Made by a program: the position numbers and the translations under genes. From Cyanophora paradoxa CCMP329 (taxonomy: Eukaryota; Plantae; Glaucophyta), in NCBI GenBank assembly GCA_004431415.1, contig QPMI01000003.1, positions 168,791 through 232,790 of the forward strand: a stretch of 64,000 bases of DNA, given 5' to 3'. The notes under the pieces are model-generated. The model did not search any database, was not told the origin of the DNA, and worked only from the letters and a program-made list of their open reading frames with translations. This document shows, one piece after another, positions 24,618 through 36,726 of the stretch (its first letter is position 1; each line of letters begins with the position of its first letter).

Positions 24618-25575
24618 TGTTAAGGCCGTATGGCCGTACCCGGTTTGCTTTTTCGACTGAATATTATAATTTAGTCATTCTAGCCGCACTCGTGTAAATG
24701 TCAGGCCCCGTAGTCCCCGGACATCCGGCGGGACGGCCTGAGTGTCGCAGCTGTGCGGCGTCGGACCGGAGTCTGGTCGGTCGGCTGCAGCGGCATGCCA
24801 GTAGGGCGCGCTTGAGCACGGATCTATAAGCGGTCGAGCTCAAGACGGCTAGACGTATTTATCATTACGAGCCGAGTGGGCTCGAGCCGGCTCGTGGTTC
24901 AAGCCGGCTCGGGGCCCCTCGGACCTGGCGTCGGTTCCGGGTCGAGTAATTAAGCAACTGACAGCGGGCATGGGCCGGCTACAGTCTGGCGCATGCTACG
25001 TGATATAGCCGCGGACTCAGACCTAGCTGACTACCAGCCTAGTACCAGGACACGTGAGTGGAACCGCGTCGCCGGTTGACCGACGGCCGGTAACCATTGG
25101 TCGGAAGGTTGGTAGTATGGCGGCGCCGGGTAAAAGGAGGCGGTACCCGTCTGGATTGCGATCCGAGTCTCTAAAACTCGGTAATTCGGCCAGGAAGCGC
25201 ATTCTTGAAGCTCGCCTAATCGCTGCAGCATCGCAGCGAAGCTAGGCGCCGTCGGCCTTCCTACCTGACACGCTTCACGTTCATCTGGTGCCTGAACCTG
25301 ATTCTTACGACCCCTTCCCTGATTCATGTAAAGCTTTGCACTGATCAAAACCCGCGTTCTAGACCCAAAATGTCAGACTCCAAGGGATCTGCTGTCAATA
25401 ACAAGACTCCGCCCTTTGCGTCCGACTTCCCTGGCTTGGTTGGGAAGCACGGCCATAACTGGGACGGGCAGTTCGCCGCTCTTGGGAAGCCTGAGGTTGG
25501 TCTTTTGTTCTTAATTGTGGGATTCCCGGGATAGTTCAGGAGCCTTGATCCGAAGAGGTTCTAGTCACCTTTTCA
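24618..25575 (+). repeat. 5' LTR (958 bp)
   Basis: Begins TGTTAAGG and ends CCTTTTCA; matches 34170-35128 apart from one C-run length difference seen by eye. Confidence 0.96.
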
Positions 25576-26689
25576 CGGAGGCGCTGCTCTAACGGCTGCG
25601 TTAACGGCCGTCGAACCCACGCTCCTACGACAACAGCCACGTTAACGGATTCGTAATTTTATCAAGGCTCGTCACTGAAACACCCGACCCACCGGACAGA
25701 TTCTTGCCGGTCAGGCCGCCGCGCTCCCGGCGTCGCGTCTCCACGAGCACATTGAGGAGACGAAGACGGTGACTACCTTTGAGCGGTCCCCGGTTTCCAA
25801 GGAGTACCGCCCCAAGCAAGAGGAGTCCACTCGCAAGTCCACGAAGACCTCCCAGTTCTACTCGTCTGTCACGGAGCTTCCGACGAAGGCCGCCCCGGCG
25901 CCCGCCCCTGCTCACGTCGCCCCGACGTACGGCGGTTTCGGTCCCGGCCAGACTGTGGCTTCGGGAGCGCCGCTGCCGGTGAGCTCGCCGCCCACGTTGC
26001 AGCAGATTGTGCGCGCCTAAAAGCCGTGTCGTCAACGCAACCGACGCTCACTGATTCGTCACATTAGATCCTCTACCAGGACCCGACGCTCGCCTACCTC
26101 GTTCCGTCGTTCGGCCAGCATCTGCTGCAGCCGCAGGTGTTCGCTGCGCCGACGACCGCGATTGGTGCCGGAGCTGTGGGCACGCCGCTCAAGGGAGGCG
26201 CCGGCTTCGTCAAGGCCGTGGTGCCGCTCGAGCGCACGCTCTTCGGTTCGGACACCCCAGCGAAGCTGGTTCGACCGGCACGTGCACCCCGCACCCTGAT
26301 AAAGGTTTCCTTGTGCGCTGTGCCGACGGTCACTGGATCGTAGACGCCGGCTACTCGCCGTCCTCGCCGTCCGGCTCCGCCTCCGGCGTCAAGCGTGAGT
26401 AAACGGTCGACAAGCGCGGATTCGGAAGTGCGTATACGCCTCGCCGCCTGTTGACAGTGCGTTTACTGACGATCAACTTTTCGGTATCGGTCCTCAGTGC
26501 CTCTGATCGTCGTTTTCGGCCTCGGAAGCAGTGCGCCCGGGCTTTATTTATCGAACTCTGTGAACAGTTCCTTACGTATTCCTTTTTGGAACGCGCGCAG
26601 TGACTTCGATTCTCCTTTTCCTCCCCTTTAATAAAACCCTCCCCTGCCTGCTGCTTCGTAGCATAATTTTGCAATCAAACGAAGAAGCA

Positions 26690-28135
26690 ATGGCTGTGCA
26701 GGCTGCCAACGCAGCAGTAGCGGCGACGGAAGCCGTAGCTAAGGCTATCAAGCAGTTTAAGGTGGACTCGGATAGAAAGGATCTTCCACTGCCTGAACTG
26801 CGAGGCAATAAGATACTTCGCTTCCTTGAAGAGTATGATCTCTTTAGCGCTAGTATCGAGGGCGACACGCCCGCGGAGGTTTCGAAGGCGCGCGCGAACG
26901 CACTTATGAAGTGCCTACGGCGGTCGAATCAGCTCACGGCCACGAGTCTAGTGCGCTGCATCGAGCGGGAGGCCGCACTCGATCGAAATGACTACGAGGC
27001 TTTGCGCACATATATTATAAACAAGTACACGGAGGCTCAGAACCCGGAGGCTGTACTAAGGCAGCACATACAAGAGGCCGCCTCGTCTCTCTGCGAGATC
27101 GATCGACCAGGTTCGCTGGAGGCCGGCATGTACGTAAAGGACTGCGTTTCCTATCGGCGCCTACTGAATATGGAAAACGTCTGGACCGACTCGACATTAA
27201 TTAACGCGATGGCAATGGCCTTGAGCGAAAATAAGCGACTACATAAGCTGGCGCACAAAGCCTACAGGAAGCTCACGGCGGCAAATAGCAACGTGACTAC
27301 CTGGGAAAAGCTATTCGTCGAGTACGTCACTGACGACGCCGCCTACGCTATCCAGGCCGCGGCGGCAAAGGTGGCCGCTGTCCAAGAGCCCATGGGGATG
27401 GCCCCGCCGCCACCTCCAGCCGCATCGCCCGCCGCTCTAAAGGAGGTCATTAGCGAGGCCTTGCGCGAGCGCGACGTGGGACTCACTCGAGAGCTGGCGA
27501 CGCTGCGAGCCAACATCGTGGAAGTCCGCGATCACGTTGGCCAGCGCCCTGAAACTGCGGGAGGGTACAGTGAGCCCGCGCCGCAGGGATACCAGCGGCA
27601 GCAGCAGGGGTACCCGCAGCAAGGCCAGGGGTATCAGCGCCCGCGGTCCGATCAGCGGCAGCAGAGGCCGGAGCGCAAACGCCCACCGAACGCCGGCTTT
27701 GATGCTGACGGCCGGATCATCTGCAATTATTGTGGGAAGAGCGGGCACATTATAGCTGAATGCCGTACCCGCAAGATGGAAGAGGGAACTGCCGCTGCGC
27801 GTGGTCCGCGCCAGCAGCCGCCCCAGCAGCAGCAGAGCTTCGGCTCTGGGTTCAAGCGTCAGCGCCAGGACGAGAATTTCTCGCAAGGCGGGGGCAAGAA
27901 ACCGTTCAAGGGAAAGGGAGGCTATCAGGGCCGCCCCTTCCAGTCGCAAGGCGCAGCCTCGAACGTCCAGTGTGACTTCTGTGGACGGTTCAATCACACT
28001 GCGGACAAGTGCTTCTTTAAGAAGAAGCAGGATGAAGAGCAGCAGAAGGAGAGGCAGACCGCAGCGATCGCGGCTCTCCAGCAGCAGCTGCAAGAGTTGA
28101 ACTTTCGTAGCCAGGGCGGGAGGCCCTCGGCGTAA
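26690..28135 (+). CDS. gag: Gag with two CCHC zinc knuckles
   Basis: CNYCGKSGHIIAEC and CDFCGRFNHTADKC; first ATG (MAVQAAN) at 26690. Confidence 0.9.
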   Translation: MAVQAANAAVAATEAVAKAIKQFKVDSDRKDLPLPELRGNKILRFLEEYDLFSASIEGDTPAEVSKARANALMKCLRRSNQLTATSLVRCIEREAALDRNDYEALRTYIINKYTEAQNPEAVLRQHIQEAASSLCEIDRPGSLEAGMYVKDCVSYRRLLNMENVWTDSTLINAMAMALSENKRLHKLAHKAYRKLTAANSNVTTWEKLFVEYVTDDAAYAIQAAAAKVAAVQEPMGMAPPPPPAASPAALKEVISEALRERDVGLTRELATLRANIVEVRDHVGQRPETAGGYSEPAPQGYQRQQQGYPQQGQGYQRPRSDQRQQRPERKRPPNAGFDADGRIICNYCGKSGHIIAECRTRKMEEGTAAARGPRQQPPQQQQSFGSGFKRQRQDENFSQGGGKKPFKGKGGYQGRPFQSQGAASNVQCDFCGRFNHTADKCFFKKKQDEEQQKERQTAAIAALQQQLQELNFRSQGGRPSA

Positions 28136-31100
28136 ACCTGCAAGTAAAGTCAGTGGCGAGCGAGCTCAGCCGAGTCGCTCGGTTGTACAGTCACCTGTAA
28201 ATACGCGTGATTTCGTGGACAGGAACCCGTATGCAGTGCTCACAGTCGAGAACGCGCGCTCGACGCCTTCCAAGTGTGAAACGGAGCAGCAAAATAAACG
28301 TAAATACGAAACGGACGATGAATACCCGTTGCAAGCTGAAGAACGCGCGCTCGACTTGGAGGATGCGGGCAGCGTCGGCATGACCGAAGGCATCCTGGGG
28401 CCCCAGGACAGCGTCGGCGTGACCGAAGGCACCTATGCCCTGCGCAAGACTGGCCCCGGCTCAGCGCCAGTGCAGGATGCGGGAGCTCGACCCCGGCCCA
28501 GACCAGCAAGGTCGAAGGCCAAGGCGGCGTACCTCAAAGAGCATCGCTCGAAGGGCGCCCAGGGGCAAAGCTCTCAAGAGAGGACGGCTGGATCGTCACA
28601 TGCTCGGCTCGCCTCGCCTGGGGACGCTCAGGTGGGGAGTATTGAGTTAGCCGTGCGGTCTGGACGTACTTCTGATATGGGGATGAAAGAGGGGACGAGC
28701 AGCCTCGGCGCTGCACAGTCTCCTGACTCGGCGACGGTACCTGATCATGGTGAGCCAACCCCTCGTGGAGCGGACCAACAAAAGGCCGCAAGCGAAGGCG
28801 GACTTAGTCCGGTCGCACCTAAACGAGTCGAAAGAAAGCTCTTTATCCCAACTAATCGCAAGTTGGTTGAGCGAGACTTACAGCGCGCTGGCAAGCGGCT
28901 GTGTGTAAAGGAAACCTCAGCTCCAGCGCCCGCAGCAAGCACGGCGGAGATGAGCATCAATTTTGCAGATCTGTACACAATCCCCACAGATCAGAATGAG
29001 GTAGACGCACTAGTTGCGGAATTATTAACGGAGGCCGAGGTGCTCGCACCCACCTCGACGCGACGGAGAGGCGTCCACGCCTATGTAAAAATCAAAGTCA
29101 ATAGCAACAGCGCTATCGATGCATTAATAGATAGCGGTGCAGCTTATTCAATCGTCGCAGAGGCGGTGATTAAACACTTTGGCTTGGAGCAGCATATCGA
29201 CCGCTCGTTCACATGCTCGTTTGCAACAGCGGACGGCTCTCCGGTTAAGTGCGTAGGGCTGATCTATCTTGATATCACCCTAGGGAGCATGGTGCATGCT
29301 CGGCAGCCTTTCTTCGTGTGGAAGCGGCTGCCAACAAACGTCATTCTAGGCGCAGACTTCGTCAAAGCAAATCGCTGGTTAATAGACCTAGCGGACGGGC
29401 TGCTTATCCATAAGGATAAAATGGACGAACAAGTGAAAATGATGAATGACGAGAAGGCGCCAGCGATGACTCTGCCCGAGGACGTGCGTATCCCTCCGGC
29501 ATCTGAGAAAAATATTCAACTGGTGCTGCGAGACGCCCTCACTCAGCCGAAGGACGGGACCTGTGGTTTGATGGAACGGTCCGGAGCATTTGCAGTGCAG
29601 CACGACCTCATGCCTGCAGACACTGTGACTAAGTGGGACGGCGGCACATGTACAGTGAGAGTGCTGAACCCCGGTGTCAAGGGCGTCGTCCTGTGCAAAG
29701 GCACGGCGGTCGGCTACTGGACGGAAGCATCGCAATTAAATATTAGCACCATTTTTGAAAACGGCGCAGTGAACAGTAAGGAACCAGCGATACGCACAGC
29801 AGTCGCAGCAGTAGCCGAGGCAGCACGCGGCCAGCTTGAGCCAACCACCTGTTGGTGTGGGCAAGCACAGTGCAAAGAGTGTCAGGCTAAAGCAGCTGAC
29901 AAGGATTGGCAAGAGCTAAAAACCAGACTAGACGTCGGCTTCGACGAGCTACCCCGTCGCATACGCGACGCAGTGTACGACGTGCTTTATACAAAACGAC
30001 ATATGTTTACCTTAAGCTATAAGGTAGAGCCAGGCAAAACGATGCCTGCAGAATTTGCGCACGTAATCGACACTGGTGATCACAGGCCAATTCGTGTTCC
30101 CCTGCGACAAATGGACCCTATTCGGAGGGCCGAAATTCGAAAAATTATTCAGGAACAGTTAGACGCTGGAGTGATCGTACCTTCAAAATCACCGTGGGCA
30201 TTTCCAGTAGTACTGGCGAAAAAGAAGGATGGTACTTGGCGGTTCTGCGTAGATTACCGTCAGTTGAATACGATCACAAAACAGGATGCTTACCCGCTTC
30301 CTCGCATCGACGATATATTCAATAATCTACAAGGCGCAGTAATATTCTCTACGCTCGATATGGTCTCAGGGTATTGGCAGTTGCCCTTATCTGAGGAGAG
30401 CAAAGAGAAAACAGCCTTCAGGACGAGTGAAGGACAGTTTGAATTCACGCAATTACCGTTCGGCCTCTCGGGAGCGCCGCGGAGCTTCCAAAACGCCATG
30501 AATATTATCCTTTCCGGCTTGGCATGGACGCACGCGCTGTGTTACCTCGATGACCTGGTCGTTTACAGCCGGTCGATTGAAACGCATGCTAGAGACCTAG
30601 ACAGGGTGCTATCTCGACTGGATGAGGCGAACGTACGTCTGAAGCCCACAAAATGCAAGTTCGCGAAGGCGGAAGTCGAACTACTGGGCCATGTGGTCGA
30701 TGCATCAGGGGTACGTGTGGACCCCAAGAAAGTCCAGATTCTTCATGACTGGCCGCAGCCTAAGACAGTCCGTCAGCTGCGAGGATTTCTGGGTTTCGCG
30801 TCTTATTACAGGAAATTTATTGAAGGATTTTCTGTTCTAGCAGCCCCTCTCACGTCCTTATTACGGGCACGGATACCGTGGATGTGGAAAGAGGCGCAGC
30901 AAGAAGCTTTCGAAAAGCTAAAGAAAAGATTGACCTCTGCACCAGTGCTGCAATATCCGGACTTCGGTCGACCCTTCATTGTACAGACCGACGCCTGCAT
31001 CGATGGCTTCAGCGCAATTCTCAAACAAAAAGATGATCATGGTCGGGAATATATTGTGGGATGCGCCAGCAGGACGACTACTGATTCAGAACGCAATTAC

Positions 31101-34100
31101 TGGCCGACGGACCTCGAGGGTGCGGCAGCAGTCTGGGCAATTACGGAACAGTTCCGACCGTACTTGGAACTGGGACCTTTCACCCTGCGTACGGACCATG
31201 AGGCGCTGCTGGCAATTTTCAAGCCAAATTATCCCTTAAGCGGGATGGCAGCAAATCGTGCTACAAAATGGGCAGTAAAATTGCAGAGATTTATGCCATT
31301 CACGATCGAGCACGTGAAGGGTAAAATCAACGGCGATGCGGACGTGATCTCGCGTTTATATGACTATTATGGTAAAGTGAGACCCCGGAGGGATGTGACT
31401 ACCTCGGAGGTGTCAACGCAGACGGACAGTGACGCAAGCCCCAGCCTAGGCGTAAATGCAGTCTCTGCGTCGAATAATGAGGGAAATGAGGTCGAGGATA
31501 ACGTGGGCACAGAGAGCCCGGCTACACTCGCCGCGTCGCTCACGGACCTGCTCACACCGGCTCAAGCGGGCAGCGGGCCCCCGTCCCTATTCGAGCTGGC
31601 AAAGCTGAACCTGACAGCGACACTTGCTAGTCAGGGCGATCGATTGGCAATCACGGAATTTCTAAAAAGAAGAGAGGTAGCGCACCGGCTCAAGAATAAG
31701 CCAGCGGTGCAGCCGCCACGAATTGTGCATTTCACATTAGCACCAGCGGACAACCCCAGAGCAGAGCAGCTCATGGGTACTCGCAGCTGGAAGCAGCACA
31801 TCGATAGACTTCCTTTGAGTCAGGCGGCAGTGCTCAGTCTGCATATTATGTCAGGGCAAGACAGGCGAGGCCGGCGGGGACCTTGCCTCGGATTCCGGAA
31901 AACGCTGCAGAAAGTAAAAGATGCCTCAAATATAGCAGGCGCAGCGATTCCGGGCTGGATGGTTCGCATCGTACGCGCAGCAGTCGATATCTGTCCGCTG
32001 TGCAGGAGTCGACGTCAGCGCAAACGTCGAGTGCAGCAGCGGGGGGAGTTACCTGCCGTGGCGACGACCCAGCAGTCGGCGGCCACAGCGGATCCTCGTG
32101 TGCGTGACGCACAGCGCGACGATCCGACCTTGCGGGCATTAATTGTTTATATGGAAGGCGGTGCAGCAGCACAAAAGCTTACAGTCAAGGAACGCGAGGC
32201 GTTAGCTGTACAGTCACAGGATTATACGTTAGGTCCTGGCGGTCTGCTGCTTCATCTGTCGTATCCCCACGGGGAGACACGTGAGCGCATCGTGATCCCA
32301 GTTTCCCTGCGGAAGGAAATTATTAAGGAAGCGCATAGCGGCTTCGGATCGGGACACGGCGGTTATCATGCGACGAATAATCGACTTCAGCGAAGTTTTT
32401 ATTGGCCCCGGATGCGGGACTCGGTTCGCAAATATGTATCTCTGTGCGAGCACTGCCGCACCCAGAAATTTGATAGGCCGACTAGCAAAGAGCCTACGCC
32501 GCGATATTCGTCTCGGCCTATGCAGCGCTGGCAGATGGACGAAGTCAATTTCGCTGGCAAGGGTGGAAAGGCATTGATCACCTTTGAAGACACGTTCAGT
32601 AAATGGATGTGTGCGTCGGCGCATGAAAGCGTAAATGCGCAGACCATTATTCAAGCAATCTTGGCGGTAATCTACGAGCACGGCTTGATGATCGAACTTG
32701 AATGCGATCAAGGGTCAGCTTTCACGTCGAAAGAAGTGCGCGAGTTTCTCACCTTGATGGGAATTAAATTGGTGATCATGCCAGCATATACGCCGCAAGC
32801 GAAAGGTGTGCTGGAACGCGGACATCAGACGCTAGAAGCCAAAATCCGCAGCTTAGCTAGTGATCATAAAACGCACTGGACACGTGTGGTCGGTGAGGCA
32901 CTGCTAGCTATGCGCACGACGGTTTCTCAAGCTACGGGATTCACGCCGTTCCGGCTCATGCGCGGATACGATCCCTATCTTCCGATCGATCTGCACTATG
33001 CGTCACTGCCTACGCTCGCAGAGGGCGCGCCGCGGCTCACGGCAGTCGAGGTGCAGACAGCAGCGTTTGGACCCGCAAAGACTACGGTAGCGGCCGACGC
33101 AGTGGACGAAGATGCGGTCTGGATCCGCGATTCCGCCTGTACGAATGGCTGGCGCTTAGCAGCCAACAAGCACAGCAGCGCGGGACGTATGCGTACACAT
33201 ATGCGATGCCGCTGGCGTTCGGACGCAACTGCAGCAGCGGCGGCTATGATATATATTGCTGGTATAGCTAAGCAACTCACTTTCACGAACCCTGGCCCCG
33301 CGCTTCTGAAGCCGTCTTCACGTCGACCCCCTAAGCTGCGAGGCGCGCAGGCAACTGCAGCGGGCGGCGTTGAACACGCTGAGGCCGATATGGGCACCGA
33401 TATCGAAGGCGATATGCATACGTATACGCGTCAAATGCATAGACATGCACAGTTAGCTGAGCGGCATATGCATATAGCGGACTCGACCAGCTCGAGCGGC
33501 AATGCCACAGCTGCAGCTGAAGCTGAAGCTGGTATTAGGACCGATAACAACGCTAGCCTTGGCGTTGGCGGCCCGGGGGTTGGCATGCGCAGTGCGGTGC
33601 CCGCGCACTCTTCAGCTGCTAGTGGTACTACTAGTAGCGCTGCACACGGACCGGAAATTAATATTGAACAGCGGTCGACTGGCAGTGATCAGCCAACGTC
33701 GGCAATGTACAGGTCGATAGTCCAGTTACCCGCTTCTAATGAAGTACTCACGGCTTGGTTAAAAATCCACAAAAATCAGCAAATTGCTGATTGGCGGATG
33801 GCCTTTCTGAATCTGTTCAAACAGAGCTTGAGAATTAAGCACGGTTGGATCGACAAGGGGCGCCGAAGGAATTTCAAAGTCGGCGATCCAGTTGATTTAT
33901 ATCTGCCACCGGAGAGAACCAAAAAGCCTGGACAGGCTGCCGCTTCTGGTATTCCGGACCATATATTGTCGAGGAGGTAGTGAGCGGGTCTCGGGTTAAA
34001 GTCCGGTCGGTGCCGGATGATCCCCGAATTTTTCATCGACCTGGGCAGTTGATCGAGGTCCATGTCTCGCGGTTGCGACCCTTTCCGATCGAGAACCTTT

Positions 34101-34114
34101 TGTCTTTGCCTTGA
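28101..34114 (+). CDS. pol: Pol polyprotein (protease, RT, RNase H, integrase with GPY/F module)
   Basis: ALIDSGA; SPWAFPVV..KKDG..RFCVDYR; YLDD; QTDAC..TDH..ADVISR; integrase H..H..YWP..C..C, WQMD, CDQG, LER. Frame is open from 28101. The terminal GPYIV...VHVSRLRPF lies in a shifted frame (33944-34114) after an A-run. Confidence 0.93.
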
Positions 34115-34155
34115 GGCGTACCCGGTTTGCTTTTTAAGCGTCGAGGTCGACGCTT

Positions 34156-34169
34156 GGTGGAGGCCGGCA
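34156..34169 (+). other. Putative polypurine tract of the Gypsy element
   Basis: Purine-rich GGTGGAGGCCGGCA immediately 5' of the 3' LTR. Confidence 0.55.
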
Positions 34170-35128
34170 TGTTAAGGCCGTATGGCCGTACCCGGTTTGC
34201 TTTTTCGACTGAATATTATAATTTAGTCATTCTAGCCGCACTCGTGTAAATGTCAGGCCCCGTAGTCCCCGGACATCCGGCGGGACGGCCTGAGTGTCGC
34301 AGCTGTGCGGCGTCGGACCGGAGTCTGGTCGGTCGGCTGCAGCGGCATGCCAGTAGGGCGCGCTTGAGCACGGATCTATAAGCGGTCGAGCTCAAGACGG
34401 CTAGACGTATTTATCATTACGAGCCGAGTGGGCTCGAGCCGGCTCGTGGTTCAAGCCGGCTCGGGGCCCCTCGGACCTGGCGTCGGTTCCGGGTCGAGTA
34501 ATTAAGCAACTGACAGCGGGCATGGGCCGGCTACAGTCTGGCGCATGCTACGTGATATAGCCGCGGACTCAGACCTAGCTGACTACCAGCCTAGTACCAG
34601 GACACGTGAGTGGAACCGCGTCGCCGGTTGACCGACGGCCGGTAACCATTGGTCGGAAGGTTGGTAGTATGGCGGCGCCGGGTAAAAGGAGGCGGTACCC
34701 GTCTGGATTGCGATCCGAGTCTCTAAAACTCGGTAATTCGGCCAGGAAGCGCATTCTTGAAGCTCGCCTAATCGCTGCAGCATCGCAGCGAAGCTAGGCG
34801 CCGTCGGCCTTCCTACCTGACACGCTTCACGTTCATCTGGTGCCTGAACCTGATTCTTACGACCCCTTCCCCTGATTCATGTAAAGCTTTGCACTGATCA
34901 AAACCCGCGTTCTAGACCCAAAATGTCAGACTCCAAGGGATCTGCTGTCAATAACAAGACTCCGCCCTTTGCGTCCGACTTCCCTGGCTTGGTTGGGAAG
35001 CACGGCCATAACTGGGACGGGCAGTTCGCCGCTCTTGGGAAGCCTGAGGTTGGTCTTTTGTTCTTAATTGTGGGATTCCCGGGATAGTTCAGGAGCCTTG
35101 ATCCGAAGAGGTTCTAGTCACCTTTTCA
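34170..35128 (+). repeat. 3' LTR (959 bp)
   Basis: Direct repeat of 24618-25575. Confidence 0.96.
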
Positions 35129-36683
35129 TGGTAAGAGTGAAACTAATAGTAGCTTCGGAAGTCAATAAGCTGTTTCGGATGATAAGTAAATTGTATGTCT
35201 CGTTAATGACAAACGAAACCTGAAACCCTGTGGAGGTGACATTTTGAATAAATGCTTTATTCGATTCATTATTGTTAGTGATAGGATTATAATAAGTAGT
35301 GTGATCCACCAATGAAACAGTGGGTATAGTCGTCTCGAAACCTGTGACACCCAACTGATCCCAAGTGAATGTATATGTAGGTTTGCCTACATAAGCGACA
35401 TAGACCCCATTCGCGATCTGCTGAGGGTATCCCTCGACAGTGTAGGTCTCAGTCCGCGAAACTGATTGGGAAAGGTTACTATTAAAGTCAGTGTAGCTGA
35501 TCAGTGCATTATCACTGGTGAGAATCTGATTAGGTCGGAGTGAGTGATTAAATGGAAGGATTAAATTGGAGGCAAACATGGAAACTCCATGCAACTCTGA
35601 CCATCTCAGATTCGATAAACCAACTCGGTATGTGTTGTCAGTCGCGGGGTATATGTTCCTTTTCGACAGAATATGGGCTAAGGTAATTGCAAGCGCTCCA
35701 TCTGCTGCAAACAGAGCATTAATTTCTGATTGCAAAGCCGCGATTTCGGTTGTGTGGGTCGTGAGGGTTCCATCTTGGCTGGAATCTTTGGTGTTCTTGT
35801 TCCTCTCAAACTCCAAAAACGCCTTTACGATGTCCTTGCCTAAAAGATCGTTTATATTGTCTCTGGTAATGTAAACATGATCTGTTCTCAGTGCCTGTTT
35901 CTCTGTGGTAAAAGCCGGAATTTCTTCTGCAAATGATATAGTCGTTTTATCAAGTGCTAAGGATCTCACATTCGGAGCATTGGCGCCAATAACATCCACA
36001 ACGTTCCCGTTTTCGACAATTTCTAAGGTCGGTTTCGCGGGGTCTAATGTGAAAACACCCTCTGTTATCTGGGGAACCGATTCGCTCTTCTGAATCACAA
36101 AGGATTCGATGTTTAGGTTACAGGTTGCGACATTGGTGGCGAAAAACGACTCGGAGTTAAGCGAGTTTACATTTAGGGTATCCGTAGTGATGTTACTTGC
36201 TGTAATGTTACTCGTCGTTAGATTACCTGCTGAGAGATCATGGACGACCTCTACCTTTGTTTTCCGTGTGGATACTCCCGCTATAAGTGTGCTATTATCC
36301 ACGATTCTCATAGCTGCATTTTGGAAACCGCTCTCATCTTGAATGAAGAAGTTTAAGCGACCTCTATCGAATGCTTTCGGGATGTTCCTACGATTATATC
36401 GCACCGTTTTCGGTAGCTGGCGGGTTGCCTGAATGCTGGCGACTCTGTTTCGTTCGTTATCATCGAGTAAAAAGTCGATTCCAAGTTTATGATCCCCTTT
36501 CTCGACGTTCAGTAACTGCAAAGCTGCGGGTCTGCTCGGTGTCCCACTGACTGGATCTTCGCGGTCTGCATTGTAATTTATTCTCAGAGACCCGCGAATT
36601 TCAGTGTTTACCTGATCAGTGTCCTCTATCTGAGTGGTCGAATTAATAACTCGTGCGTCTGGTCGCGGATTCAGGAACGACAT
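35129..36683 (-). pseudogene. 5' part of the large fibre/spike gene (restored length 1241 aa)
   Basis: ATG at 36683 (MSFLNPRP); beta-rich repeats, a coiled-coil segment and the fibre-type motif IYPATDNTYRVGLSNLRW; reads ...ISFTLT into the TSD. Confidence 0.85.
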
Positions 36684-36726
36684 CCTCTTTATAAACAAAG
36701 AAGATATATAAGAAGTATATAAGATA

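Larger units (their letters stand above)
24618..35128 (+). mobile_element. Full-length Ty3/Gypsy LTR retrotransposon (10511 bp)
   Basis: TG...CA LTRs; 4-bp TSD TGGT (24614-24617 and 35129-35132); gag then pol with domain order PR-RT-RH-IN. Confidence 0.97.

Noticed and set aside
25031-25348. ORFs inside the LTRs (also 34583-34797)
   Set aside because: Duplicated only because the LTRs are duplicated; no protein motifs.
33700-34114. Chromodomain or env gene in the Gypsy element
   Set aside because: Pol ends shortly after the GPY...VHVSRLRPF module, with no room or motif for either.
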